In this document: positions 10,254 to 20,015 of the stretch, piece after piece
Layout of the letters: every line of letters starts with the position of its first letter
Numbering within the stretch: the stretch's first letter is position 1
Source of the DNA: a virus
Taxonomy: Duplodnaviria; Caudoviricetes
DNA: 64,000 bases
IMG/VR virus record: IMGVR_UViG_3300049472_000168
Location: 64,001-128,000 of that record
Strand: one strand, 5' to 3'
The notes under the pieces: generated by a model
What the model was told of the DNA's origin: nothing
The model's input: the letters and a program-made list of their open reading frames with translations, nothing else
Databases searched by the model: none
Made by a program: the position numbers and the translations under genes

Positions 10254-10603
10254 GGAATCCTGACCTCCGGCCTGTCCTTCGGCTTGAAAAGCCGGGAGTA
10301 GCCCTCGACTCTTGATAACGCCCTGAAGACATCAAAGGCCGATCTCTTCAGGTCTGAACCCAGCATAGATTGTAGATTAATAACTTGGGATCTGAACTCG
10401 ATATCTGATTTCAGGTAAACCATGACATGCAGTCTAGGACTATTTGGAGTCGAGGACTTCGAGTGCCAGACCACGAGATGATCGATATCGATAATTCCGA
10501 GTTCAGAAGCAAATCTGATCTGAGAATTGAAGGTTTTGATGGCTTCTTCGACCCTAGCTTTATCGGCCTCTAAACTGTAGTTCTGGTATTTTTCATTGGT
10601 CAT
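10169..10603 (-). CDS. Hypothetical protein
   Basis: 144-aa ORF tightly packed in the minus-strand operon. Confidence 0.55.
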   Translation of the reverse strand: MTNEKYQNYSLEADKARVEEAIKTFNSQIRFASELGIIDIDHLVVWHSKSSTPNSPRLHVMVYLKSDIEFRSQVINLQSMLGSDLKRSAFDVFRALSRVEGYSRLFKPKDRPEVRIPWSGSNFHAMASLRTIKEDIISPQRIPF

Positions 10604-10849
10604 TTAATTATTCCTTATTCCTTGCAGAGCGAGCAGTCGGTCGTGATAAAATATCTTTCTGTCAGCTAGGGTGCAGTCTGGATTCTGGAGCAGGACCCAA
10701 CCTTCGGAGGTCTGGACGTAAGTGGAGCCGTCTGAGCTATAGGCGAAAAGCTCGTAAGGTCCCAGAGGCTTAACATTTCTGGTCCAACGCTTGTAGTCCT
10801 CGCCACGGATACAAAAAGGAAATCGGTCCGTGATATGAATAAAACTCAT
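10604..10849 (-). CDS. Hypothetical protein
   Basis: 81-aa ORF abutting its neighbour. Confidence 0.5.
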   Translation of the reverse strand: MSFIHITDRFPFCIRGEDYKRWTRNVKPLGPYELFAYSSDGSTYVQTSEGWVLLQNPDCTLADRKIFYHDRLLALQGIRNN

Positions 10850-10979
10850 CGACGATACCTAGATTTGAATAGTTCCCATCCGGATTCCCAGGAATCAGCT
10901 TTTACCGCAGCATCCACTATATCAATAGTGGTAGGAATCGCAAGAATAATCAGGATGACGAGTCCCAAGGTTTTCATGT

Positions 10980-11267
10980 TTTGATCTCACCAGTTATCCA
11001 GTCAATTCTTGTTTTTTTTGCCGTAGGTATCAATTACAGCATTGACATAAACCAGGCTGGCTTCGGCATAGAGCCTGAGGCCTTCGGCCAAGAGTATTCT
11101 TCCTTCGATCCAGAGCTTATCGCCTTCGATTGCCGAAGCGTTGAAGTCAACCCAGAGTTTTTCGGCTTCGGTCTTGAGTTTATGGCCTTCGCCACAAATC
11201 CTTTTGCTTTCAGCATAGATTTTTTGTATTGGTCCCAGGCCGCTTCAATTTTTGGATGTTTTTCCAT
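10980..11267 (-). pseudogene. Heptad-repeat (EGxKL-type) protein interrupted by two 1-nt homopolymer indels (pseudogene or assembly error); paralog of 26937-27110
   Basis: MEKHPKIEAAWDQYKK, then in another frame IYAESKRICGEGHKLKTEAEKLW..EGDKLW..YVNAVIDTYGKK, then back in the first frame RIDWITGEIK. Shifts fall at an A6 run (11220-11225) and an A8 run (11012-11019). The 3' end is approximate. Confidence 0.6.
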
Positions 11268-11298
11268 TTGTTTAATATATCGGAAATCCAGAACAGAG

Positions 11299-11697
11299 TC
11301 AACTCTCGATCAGACCTAGAGCAGATTTCTTTTTTTCGACTTCTGCCAGATTTTTGATTCCCTTTGGATGTGGGGTCTTGAACCCCCAGAAGATTCCAGT
11401 AAAGCAGCCTAACCCGACCTCTACACAGGCCAGGAGCCATCCTAGATGGCCTCCGAAATAGATCGTAGGTATCGCTGCCAGTAATCCAACAGCAGATGTC
11501 AATCCCAGCTTGAGTTCAACAGATCTCAGATATCTGGGGTAGTCAGGAGAGACATCATTTACACATCTATCGCAGAGGGTCCAAGTATGGGGTTTTTCTG
11601 GATCCAAGGAACGCAGGTCTCTGGCATCGCTGTAGCCACAGATTTCACATCGTATCTTGTAGATCTGGTTCCATGTCTCAATTTTTACGTGTTTCAT
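11299..11697 (-). CDS. Hypothetical membrane protein with CxxC zinc-ribbon
   Basis: CEICG...CDRC followed by two hydrophobic helices. Confidence 0.55.
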   Translation of the reverse strand: MKHVKIETWNQIYKIRCEICGYSDARDLRSLDPEKPHTWTLCDRCVNDVSPDYPRYLRSVELKLGLTSAVGLLAAIPTIYFGGHLGWLLACVEVGLGCFTGIFWGFKTPHPKGIKNLAEVEKKKSALGLIES

Positions 11698-13174
11698 GTT
11701 TCCCTTCCACCCAGGTCAGGTGGGATTTGGCACGAGTGATTCCGACGTATGCAATATTCTGCTCCTCATTCACATCAGGACCCCAGCTATGCTTGAAGGT
11801 GTGTTGAATCAGGTAGACACGGTCCCATTCAAGCCCCTTCGCCTTGTGAACCGAACTCAGAACAACAGCAGGCCTCGGATTGTTGTCGGAGTCCTCGAAC
11901 AATGAGGACAGTCTAGTACCGATTTCAGATGTAGAGGTTGACACCTCGGCAAGGGCTTTCAAGGTCTGGGCCTGGTCCTCGATCAAGTTGATCTTGTCCC
12001 GGTACTGATCCGAATCCGGGTTGCCATGGGTTTTGCTGATCTTATTTGCTGCCCAGGTATCCAGAGCCAGGATATAGCTTTCGATTTCCTTGGCATTGAT
12101 TTTGCCGTGGATGGCCCCAAGAGTCTTCCCGATATCCCGGCCCTCGATGTAGGCTCGCTTGCCGCTACGGATGAACTCCAGACACAGCGTCATCAGAGGG
12201 GCATTTTTGCGACTAACAATGGCCTCTCCAGGCTTTGCTGTGATCGAGACCTTAGAGATATCGAGACTATCTACAGTACCATCCGGAGCCGAATCCGCTG
12301 CGCGATAATCAGGGACCAAGATCTTAGCCAAATTAACCACCGCCTTAGGGCATCGATAGGTCGTGGTCAGAGGAAAGACCTTCGCCTTCAACGTGGCCTT
12401 GAGGCGCTCCATGCCACGGACATCGGCTCCACGGAAGCTGTAGATGGCTTGGCGAGGGTCACCGATCAAAACGATGCGGCCACGGGGCTTGCAGGCCCTC
12501 TGGGCCATGAGAAGCTGCGTCGAATTCATGTCCTGGGCCTCATCGACGACGACCAAGTCAAACCACGGTCGCACCCACTTCATAACAACTGGCAACCAGA
12601 GCTGGTCGTCAAAGCTGATTCGGCCCCGAGGGTCTTGCTTCTTCGAGGCTTCCAGAACCTTGGCAGCAATGACGCAACACATCTCGGTGGTCCAGCCTTC
12701 GCGTTCTGCGTTTCCTTCTGGTTCCAATCCACGAGCATTGGCCATGTTGACCAGGTCCTGGTATGACGCAAAGGCGCAGGTGTTCTTTGCGAAGCTGACG
12801 ATATCCTTGATGACAACCGTTGGCTTCGTATTGAAGCGACGGAAGCCATCGGATTTAAGGGCCTCCTCGATTCGGTCAAAATCGATGGAGTCATCAGGTT
12901 TGGCATTCTTCCAGTTCTGGAGAACAAAGCGGTAGCCGAGACCGTTCAGAGACAGAACCTGAGTCTTGGGGTCTTTGATCTTGAGCTTGGCTTCATTTAC
13001 ATTTTTTCGGTTGAATGCGAGGTAGACCTTTTTCTCTTCAGGAGCCAGGCCCATACCTTCTTTTACGGTAGTCGTCTTGCCGGTACCAGCACGGGCCTCG
13101 ACCATGAAATGGGAGGTTCCTGTTCGGAATTCCTCGAAAATGGCGTTTTGCTCATCAGACCACATCGTTTTCAT
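11678..13174 (-). CDS. UvrD/Rep-family (SF1) helicase
   Basis: EARAGTGKT, LAFN, VVVDEAQD, IGDPRQAIYSFRGA, TYRC, SSVHKAKGLEWDRV, YVGITRAK. Confidence 0.9.
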   Translation of the reverse strand: MKTMWSDEQNAIFEEFRTGTSHFMVEARAGTGKTTTVKEGMGLAPEEKKVYLAFNRKNVNEAKLKIKDPKTQVLSLNGLGYRFVLQNWKNAKPDDSIDFDRIEEALKSDGFRRFNTKPTVVIKDIVSFAKNTCAFASYQDLVNMANARGLEPEGNAEREGWTTEMCCVIAAKVLEASKKQDPRGRISFDDQLWLPVVMKWVRPWFDLVVVDEAQDMNSTQLLMAQRACKPRGRIVLIGDPRQAIYSFRGADVRGMERLKATLKAKVFPLTTTYRCPKAVVNLAKILVPDYRAADSAPDGTVDSLDISKVSITAKPGEAIVSRKNAPLMTLCLEFIRSGKRAYIEGRDIGKTLGAIHGKINAKEIESYILALDTWAANKISKTHGNPDSDQYRDKINLIEDQAQTLKALAEVSTSTSEIGTRLSSLFEDSDNNPRPAVVLSSVHKAKGLEWDRVYLIQHTFKHSWGPDVNEEQNIAYVGITRAKSHLTWVEGKHETRKN

Positions 13175-13236
13175 GAAATAATTATATCGATTCTACCGAA
13201 TGTTGTCAACAATAAATGGGCCCCAATCTTTTAGGC
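13175..13236. promoter_or_regulatory. Representative divergent promoter pair: leftward sigma70-like TTGACA-17-TATAAT (leaderless) and rightward CAATCTT putative late promoter
   Basis: The same arrangement recurs at 19960-20015, 27111-27160, 29220-29270, 38506-38543 and 50146-50197. Confidence 0.7.
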
Positions 13237-13536
13237 ATGAATATTCCTAGTGGTCAGGTGTCATATCGTAAGAAGATAGGTAGATCTGCGTCTGGAGATG
13301 TCTTCGGTATCGGAACTATAGGCGGATTGCACCTCGTCGTAGCGGCTAGGTCTGGGTCCAAAATGGAAACCCTCGGCGCAGGTAGCCATCCCGGTATTGC
13401 CAGGCATCTTGCTAAAAAGTTCGATACCACAGTTGAATTTACCGAACTCAATAAATCCGAAACTTTAGAACTGCGTCATTTCGAGGATTTATTGCCGGGG
13501 TACGAAGAACTCACCCTACAGCTTCGCAATGGATAA
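13237..13536 (+). CDS. Hypothetical (putative late/virion) protein
   Basis: ORF 13216-13536; start revised to ATG 13237, 6 nt after CAATCTT; contains ELNKSE. Confidence 0.55.
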   Translation: MNIPSGQVSYRKKIGRSASGDVFGIGTIGGLHLVVAARSGSKMETLGAGSHPGIARHLAKKFDTTVEFTELNKSETLELRHFEDLLPGYEELTLQLRNG

Positions 13537-14365
13537 AGTCAAGACTGAGATCCAAGATGTCCTGACGATGGATATCCCGTCAGGGCTATCTAGCGCATTT
13601 GATATCGATGCGTTTGACGACGCCATCGAGGCCCACGGGGTCAGGTTTGTCCATTACCGTGGGATGCGTAACCCCGTAGGGATGATCGATAAATTCGATT
13701 CCAGACGACCTGATGCCGATCATAGTGGCGCCTCCAACGGATTGATTTATACCAAAGCCGGATGTTTCAGCGCCTTATTCACCGGCAATTCCAAGACTCT
13801 GAGGTCTATGGAAGGTGGCTACATCAATGCGGCAACAGCCCAGTTGACACCGACCCGGAAATACAGGAACTGTGAAGATTTTGTTTACTTGGCCCCGATG
13901 GACAGGCTCTACCTCGAAGAGGAAACCGTATTAGTTAGTCACCAGCAACTGGTAGATGCCCATGAGACCGGGGTCGATAAATTGAAGTTCCCTGCTGAAC
14001 GGGTCCAGGACATCGTAGACGCCACCAATACCAGATATAGTTCCTCTGACTACGTACTGGAAAATGGTCAGATCCGATGGACAACCCAGAACAGGCCGGG
14101 AACCAACCCAGAGACCGGCAAAGGCAAGGTCTATGCGGTTAGATACCTTTACCGCCCGTTTTGGTATATCGATAGACTGATTCACGAGGTCAGGGTCTCT
14201 CAGCAGGAGAATCCAATTACAGGAGAAACCAGAGCGGTAAGAATGCCGCAATCCGCTGTTGTCCAGCGGGAATACGTGTATGAATCGGAGCCCCAAGATC
14301 CTGAGGCTCCAGAATCTCCACGACAACAGAAGTCCCCTCGTTCAGGAGGCTTCGGTCCACGATAA
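13529..14365 (+). CDS. Putative head-tail connector / neck (head closure) protein
   Basis: Size, late-gene context and the pattern FDDAIEAHGVRFVHY..G..YTKA..LAPMDRL..YAVRYLYRPFWYIDRLIHEVR resemble neck proteins of large myoviruses (recognised by eye). Confidence 0.5.
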   Translation: MDKVKTEIQDVLTMDIPSGLSSAFDIDAFDDAIEAHGVRFVHYRGMRNPVGMIDKFDSRRPDADHSGASNGLIYTKAGCFSALFTGNSKTLRSMEGGYINAATAQLTPTRKYRNCEDFVYLAPMDRLYLEEETVLVSHQQLVDAHETGVDKLKFPAERVQDIVDATNTRYSSSDYVLENGQIRWTTQNRPGTNPETGKGKVYAVRYLYRPFWYIDRLIHEVRVSQQENPITGETRAVRMPQSAVVQREYVYESEPQDPEAPESPRQQKSPRSGGFGPR

Positions 14366-15144
14366 TGACAGACAAAGATAAATTCTTGGCCGCCACCATC
14401 GGGCTCAGAGGTCTGAGTGCTTTAGAGACTTTGTCCAAGGCGTCACCAGACCTCGAAGCCTATTTGCCGGTCAGAACAGTTATTTCTTGGATCCAAGAGG
14501 TCCAGGACTGGTCTGGTCCGATTCCTGGTACCGATTCCGTTGCTGACTTCAAGAAATCCTTAGGGGCCTGGTACGGCACCGTTGGAGTCGGAGATTCTAG
14601 TTACCTCCTCGATAGCTCCGATATCGGTTCAGTGGCTGCGGCTATTTGTTGCAGTATCGGGGCGGCCCCGGGTAGACCCGAACTCAGGGATATCGATATC
14701 GCTAGACTAGGCAAAACCATTGATGCCTTGGTTAAGGCCACGTCTGGAGCCAAAGGACTAGCCGCCGCTCCTCTGGGACACACCGACAAAATTCCTCCGA
14801 CTCTGAAGGCCCCTGATACCGATAACAAAAAATCTGACAAAAAGAAACCAAAGAAACCCGTGATTCCAAAACCACAGGCCCCAAAGGTTCCTCTAGACCT
14901 GACCGCTGAGGTCGAAGTCGCCAAGACCCCAAAGATGAAGCTGACTCTGTCCGAGGCTAAAACCAGGTGTCAGCTCTGCAATATCCCCCAGTTTGTTTCC
15001 AATAAATTTGTCGGCTGCTACTGCTTCAGAGACCTAGCCAAATCCGTACGGACTACCGAGATCCCCGGAGGCCTAGAAATTACACTAAAGGGCTGGGACG
15101 AGGACGCCACGATTACTTTGAGAGAGGCCCTAAAACATGAGTAA
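14365..15144 (+). CDS. Hypothetical putative virion protein with Pro/Lys-rich linker and CxxC/CxC motif
   Basis: Coupled ORF; TLSKAS, LVKAT and DLAKS motifs; CQLC...CYC. Confidence 0.55.
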   Translation: MTDKDKFLAATIGLRGLSALETLSKASPDLEAYLPVRTVISWIQEVQDWSGPIPGTDSVADFKKSLGAWYGTVGVGDSSYLLDSSDIGSVAAAICCSIGAAPGRPELRDIDIARLGKTIDALVKATSGAKGLAAAPLGHTDKIPPTLKAPDTDNKKSDKKKPKKPVIPKPQAPKVPLDLTAEVEVAKTPKMKLTLSEAKTRCQLCNIPQFVSNKFVGCYCFRDLAKSVRTTEIPGGLEITLKGWDEDATITLREALKHE

Positions 15145-15613
15145 TGACACGGCTTTGGTGTGGAACAAGAGATTTCCGATTCTAGATGAATCGCATCAAC
15201 ACGACCTGGATGCCAGGGCGGCGGTGAACGAGTTCAAGAACAGGCTTCCTCGACAGGTTGCCGAGGAACGAGCCCACAAGGATTATATGAGGGAGCACGC
15301 CATTGCGGCAGCGGCCCATCATCTTCTTGGTGTCAGGGCTAGTCATGCCAGTGGCCACGACGAAGCCGCAGCGAAGCATGGCGAGGCTTATGCTGGAGCA
15401 ATGAAGGCAGCGGGGCTAGACCCTTTCGGTGCTCCCCATGAGGATATCTTGAATCATATCAAGGCGAATAAGCCCGAAGTCTACAGCTTTAAGGCACATC
15501 CGGCAGATCAGCTCTTTACCCCAGAACACAGGGAACCGGACGAAGCCGATACCCATATCCAGAAACTGCTGGAGGGGCTAGGGTCTCTACGACAGAGACT
15601 TACCTCTAAATAG
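15137..15613 (+). CDS. Hypothetical protein (His/Ala-rich)
   Basis: 158-aa ORF overlapping the upstream stop. Confidence 0.55.
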   Translation: MSNDTALVWNKRFPILDESHQHDLDARAAVNEFKNRLPRQVAEERAHKDYMREHAIAAAAHHLLGVRASHASGHDEAAAKHGEAYAGAMKAAGLDPFGAPHEDILNHIKANKPEVYSFKAHPADQLFTPEHREPDEADTHIQKLLEGLGSLRQRLTSK

Positions 15614-15821
15614 AGGGCATCTCTTGATATCAAGGTCCGTGGTTATCTGATATTTGCCACCGACCAAATCGATATTAGCAGACATCTTTTTTCCACAGAC
15701 CCGACACCTGCAACAGACTATGCCTTGTTGCGGTTGGGATCTAACGAATTCGACAAAGACCGAATCATCGACGACATGACCGAACTCTAAGGTCTGAGAC
15801 ATGATGAGGTCTCTGATGTAT

Positions 15822-16253
15822 TCAGGAGACTTTTTCACTTTGTCGGGCTTCCGCTTTGATCTGGGTGTCAACCATCCATTCGCCGCAGTACTTCACGATG
15901 TCTGCCATGGCTTCAATCATAAGTGCTCTTGAAGCAAAGACATCGGTTTCGACAACCTTGCCCATGACGTTGTCACAGACAGCCCTAATGCTGGATGCCT
16001 GTCTATTGGCTTCTTTTAGGACCCAGCTCGGATTCTTTCCGATGACGCAACAGATCACAGATGCCGTATCTCGTTGGAATTCCTCTAGTCTGTAGTCTAT
16101 CTTTTCGTTCAGCGCAATCATGATTTCGAGGTAATCCTTTTTAAACCCCTCCTGTTTTGAGGCCGGAATTTCTGCTGCCAGTCGTTCGGCATTGGCTTCA
16201 AGGATTTTGACTTTTTCTGGGTCTAGTGGCATCTGGCTCCTGTTATAGAACAT
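15822..16253 (-). CDS. Hypothetical protein
   Basis: Upstream TTGACA-18-TATGTT promoter and an AGGAG Shine-Dalgarno before the internal Met (MPLDPEK). Confidence 0.55.
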   Translation of the reverse strand: MFYNRSQMPLDPEKVKILEANAERLAAEIPASKQEGFKKDYLEIMIALNEKIDYRLEEFQRDTASVICCVIGKNPSWVLKEANRQASSIRAVCDNVMGKVVETDVFASRALMIEAMADIVKYCGEWMVDTQIKAEARQSEKVS

Positions 16254-16784
16254 ACCAAATAATCGCGTAGTGTGTCAAGTGGTGTACGGCTTGATGAGGA
16301 GGGCGATCATTTCCAGACGCCTCCGGTTGTGAGTTCAATTTTGTCGTCTGTCTCCCTGAAGAATCCAATATTGGGGTCATTTGTATAGGTCGGGAGGTTT
16401 GGATCCAGATTAGCAGGTTCTACATACCAGAAGACCGGTCCCCAAGGGGTTGGAATGTACTTAGGAGCGGGGGTAGGAGCAGGGGCGACTTTGCCCGCAA
16501 CAAAAACCGCAGCCAGCCGACTGAAAAGACTTCGACGATTCATAGCATTTCCTCCGGCAATATCGCCCTTGCCACCGCAACCAGCGTATCGATAGCTTTA
16601 TCGAGAGTAGCGGAATTCTCCCTACATCTGTAGATATTGCAATCGGCCTTGGTTTTCTTGTACTGCATGGCTCGTGATAAAAGTTCGTAACGTACAGCTT
16701 CGCGTTCAGAACGAGGTCTTTTCAGGATTTCTCTGAATTCATCGACTCCGTATTCTTCTTGTTCTGGTGTTAACTGATCCATGG

Positions 16785-17993
16785 CTACCCCTGATAATCT
16801 CTAATTGCCTTGCCGATTGGGAGATAAGGAATATTGTCGGAGGTCATCCTCTTGTAGGTGACTGTAAGCTGCTTGCCCTTCCACAGTTCTGGCTTCTCCA
16901 GAAGCTCCCTGCGATATGCATAGGTACCTTTTAGTCTTGGATAGAACTCTTTGCCTTCTGAGGTCACACAAGTAAAGGTCCCTGCGGTTCCAGCATCTTT
17001 GCCTCTGCCCTCGTTGACACCAACGATCTTGAATTCGTCATCCTGGAACGGCTTCATCTTTTGGAGGTTCTTCGACCTCTTGTCACATTCGTAGGGAGCC
17101 GCAGAATTACGGGCCATGGCCCCTTCGTATTCTTGGTCCAAAAAGTTGTCATAGAATTTCACTAGAGTTTCTAGGTCCTGGACTCTGTGAGTTCTGACGA
17201 GCTGGACAATGTCGTCGTCGCTGGGCAGGATGTGAGTTGAGGTGCGACGAGGAATAATATCAATCAAGGCCGCAAATCTTGACTTAAATGGAGTCGTCTC
17301 AGTTACGACGTGGTTCTCAGTCGAGATGTCGATACAGTCATAGACGTGGTACTGCATCACCTTGTAAAGCCCCTCGGCATCAGGAGCATCCTTACGTAGA
17401 ATCGAGATCAAATCCTCGAAGCTATTTCGGTAGTCGTGGTTGTAGAGTTCGCCATCCAGGACAACTATGCCACCAGGAAATCTGGCTTCCAGCTCCGCAA
17501 CGATATGAGGAACCGTTTTGATCGGCTTCCTCGTCCTGGACCACAACGTACATTTGCCGTTGTCAATAACAGCGATGCACCTCATACCATCTAACTTGGG
17601 CTGGACGTAACAAGGAAACTCGATGCGCTTCTCCAGTTCGTCATCCTTAGGGAACGACTTGTTCGGAGCCAGCATGGGGGCGTAGCCGCCCAGAATCACG
17701 GTATCATCGACTTTGTCCGATACCGCGTCATCGATATTCTCGACGTAGCCTTTCTTCTTCTGCTTTAACCAGCGGGATTGTGCTTCGTTGGCGGCTTGTT
17801 CTTCTGCTGATGTCGAATTCTTTTTATTTAGGTTTTTGCCTGTAGTAATGGTTTCCTTGAGATACTGCTTCTTGCCGTCGATGTGACCGAATTCGACGTG
17901 AATCGTGGAGTCTGTGACCCAAATCTTCCACTCCTGAATAGCCGAGGTCTGGGTTTTTTGGAATAGAACAGGGAATGACAATTTCATCAGCAA
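16785..17993 (-). CDS. ATP-dependent DNA ligase with N-terminal WGR-like extension
   Basis: QPKLDGMRC (KxDG), LDGELY, YHVYD, EGAMAR, LQKMKP and a C-terminal OB-fold. Confidence 0.9.
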   Translation of the reverse strand: MLMKLSFPVLFQKTQTSAIQEWKIWVTDSTIHVEFGHIDGKKQYLKETITTGKNLNKKNSTSAEEQAANEAQSRWLKQKKKGYVENIDDAVSDKVDDTVILGGYAPMLAPNKSFPKDDELEKRIEFPCYVQPKLDGMRCIAVIDNGKCTLWSRTRKPIKTVPHIVAELEARFPGGIVVLDGELYNHDYRNSFEDLISILRKDAPDAEGLYKVMQYHVYDCIDISTENHVVTETTPFKSRFAALIDIIPRRTSTHILPSDDDIVQLVRTHRVQDLETLVKFYDNFLDQEYEGAMARNSAAPYECDKRSKNLQKMKPFQDDEFKIVGVNEGRGKDAGTAGTFTCVTSEGKEFYPRLKGTYAYRRELLEKPELWKGKQLTVTYKRMTSDNIPYLPIGKAIRDYQG

Positions 17994-18274
17994 TTACCTT
18001 TGCATTGGACAGAATTGAAACCGACATAGGCCGGTCCTTTACACTTCGGACATGTATGTGGAAACTCAGGATCGACTGTGGATGTCGGACTCATATCGAC
18101 ATCAATCTTGATGAATTTAATAGGGGTAGGGAGGGATATCTTGTACCAACCCTTCTCCATAGCATCGATGAGGTCCTGCATTGTGTTGATTGCCATTTTA
18201 GGTCTTTCTAAGAATTTGCCACCACTGTAGGTATATATTTTGTATGGGACGCCAGAGATTAGCATTGTGGGTCT

Positions 18275-18877
18275 TTATTCCCGAAAGGATACGTCTACAA
18301 CAAAGATACAACGGATATCAACAGGCAGCTCAAGATACCATTCATCAAATCTGTCCAGTAGGGCTGTGGCTTCTAGATCTCCGAGTGATGTCGGAATGCT
18401 TATCCTAAGTTCCCTGCCGCCTTGTACGATCTCAAGCTTGGGTCTTTCCTGTAATTCAAACAACGAGTAAATCCGTTTTGCAGCTTCAAAAAGGGCGTCC
18501 AGTAGTTTGTCGTTCGGGAAAAACCCCCACAAATCCCTGATATCGGATGGGGCGATGTTGTAGAAGTACCAAAACTCATGGAATTGACGTAAGCTAAGGG
18601 CTAAGGTACCGTTTGTAGTCAGGGTTACGGGATCTTTGGTGATGAACCCTCCGTCATAATTAGGAACGATATACTCTTCTTTAGGAGGACTCAGGCACCC
18701 AATGGACGCCACAAGAGTCGCCTCGTATTCATCAGGAGACATAAAATCAACCCAAGGCCTTTTGAATTTTTCCTTGACCAACTCTGCTCCTTGCCTGATG
18801 TGTTCCTCGGTTAGAGCGACTCCCTCCATTGGCTTGGGGTCTGTTGTCGTCCTGTCTATTCCTGAAAAATCATCCAT
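18275..18877 (-). CDS. Hypothetical protein
   Basis: 200-aa ORF coupled to the upstream phosphatase. Confidence 0.5.
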   Translation of the reverse strand: MDDFSGIDRTTTDPKPMEGVALTEEHIRQGAELVKEKFKRPWVDFMSPDEYEATLVASIGCLSPPKEEYIVPNYDGGFITKDPVTLTTNGTLALSLRQFHEFWYFYNIAPSDIRDLWGFFPNDKLLDALFEAAKRIYSLFELQERPKLEIVQGGRELRISIPTSLGDLEATALLDRFDEWYLELPVDIRCIFVVDVSFRE

Positions 18878-19612
18878 GTTTCACCTGCTCGAATGTTACT
18901 TCACCGGTCCTCAGATCCTCGATATAAGCTGTTAACCTGCCGCCGAAGCAGCATCCTGTATCGATACCAAAGGTGTTGTTTGAAATAACAGGATTCTCCA
19001 GGCTACCGACGTTGTGGCCATAGACCACTCTACCAATGTTATTGGTTTCTGTCCAGAATACTGAGTCCTTTGGCTGCTCGAAATCCTCTCCCAAGCTGGC
19101 AGGAACCCAGACTCCATTCTTCTGTTTTAGATATCTGTTATGGACTAGGTTGATGACTTTTTGATCCAGAGGGTCCTTGGGCAGAAACCCGGCATGAGTA
19201 ATCCAGGTGCCGTTGACATTTATTACGCCGTGGCCGTTGCCCATCCATTCGATGTGTTCTGGAGTCAGGCCAAAATGCATCCTATTAAATTCGGTCCCTC
19301 TCCAAAAAACACCAGTTCTACGGTATCTGACATGCTTCATGTCGTGATTCCCGACGCAGAACAACGTGCTTCCTGGAGGTCTATTAGACTCCATTTCCAT
19401 CAGCAAACTGATGACTTCGGCAGATTTTGGACCCCTATCGACGTAGTCTCCTGCAAAAACGACCAAATCAGTATCAGCCACTACGAGATTGGTGATGAGA
19501 TCGATGGTTTCGATTAAGCCAGCCATGGATATCCCCTATCACTATAAGTCTGGAGTATTCCTGGGCCCCTACATATTTGACTACTGGTGGTGAATTAAAA
19601 GAGGTCAATCAT
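18870..19612 (-). pseudogene. PPP-family (ApaH/lambda-phosphatase-like) metallophosphatase with a frameshifted 5' end
   Basis: GDYVDRGP, GNHD, THAG, YGH and IDTGC lie in ORF 18870-19526. The missing first motif IGDIHG is in another frame just upstream. Removing one G (about 19519) and one T (about 19597-19600) gives MIDLFNSPP...IVIGDIHGCLIE starting at the TAATG overlap (19612). Confidence 0.7.
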
Positions 19613-19959
19613 TATTCTCCACGAAGATAGTCGTCATAGCTGTAGTCTTCTTCGAGGTACTGATGACGGTCTACAGCTTCCATCTGGGTCTTGAAATCTT
19701 CAAGATTGCTGGAGTCCAGGCTCCAGCGGGTTTCATCTAGGGCTGAGACAACCTCTCTCTTGAAATTTTCGGCGTAGAGGTCGGCAAAACTAGGCCCGAA
19801 CTCGGCGGTCAGGATAGACCTAGAGAGGTGTTCCGGCTCGGACCCGTTGTAGCCCCAATCAAAAGGCTCCCCGCGCTCCATAGGTGTCAAAGGCCTCCCA
19901 TTGATGGTTACGACTGCTTTGCCGTAGATCCTGCGACCGGTATAAGTATTCGATGACAT
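19612..19959 (-). CDS. Conserved-type hypothetical phage protein (FDWGYxGSxP motif, DUF6166-like)
   Basis: YTGRR..FDWGYNGSEPEHLSRSIL..FKREVVS; leaderless sigma70-like promoter upstream. Confidence 0.6.
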   Translation of the reverse strand: MSSNTYTGRRIYGKAVVTINGRPLTPMERGEPFDWGYNGSEPEHLSRSILTAEFGPSFADLYAENFKREVVSALDETRWSLDSSNLEDFKTQMEAVDRHQYLEEDYSYDDYLRGE

Positions 19960-20015
19960 GATTCATAAATACCACGATTTATTAATGAAGTCAAGGGATA
20001 CCAATCTTTCCTGGG

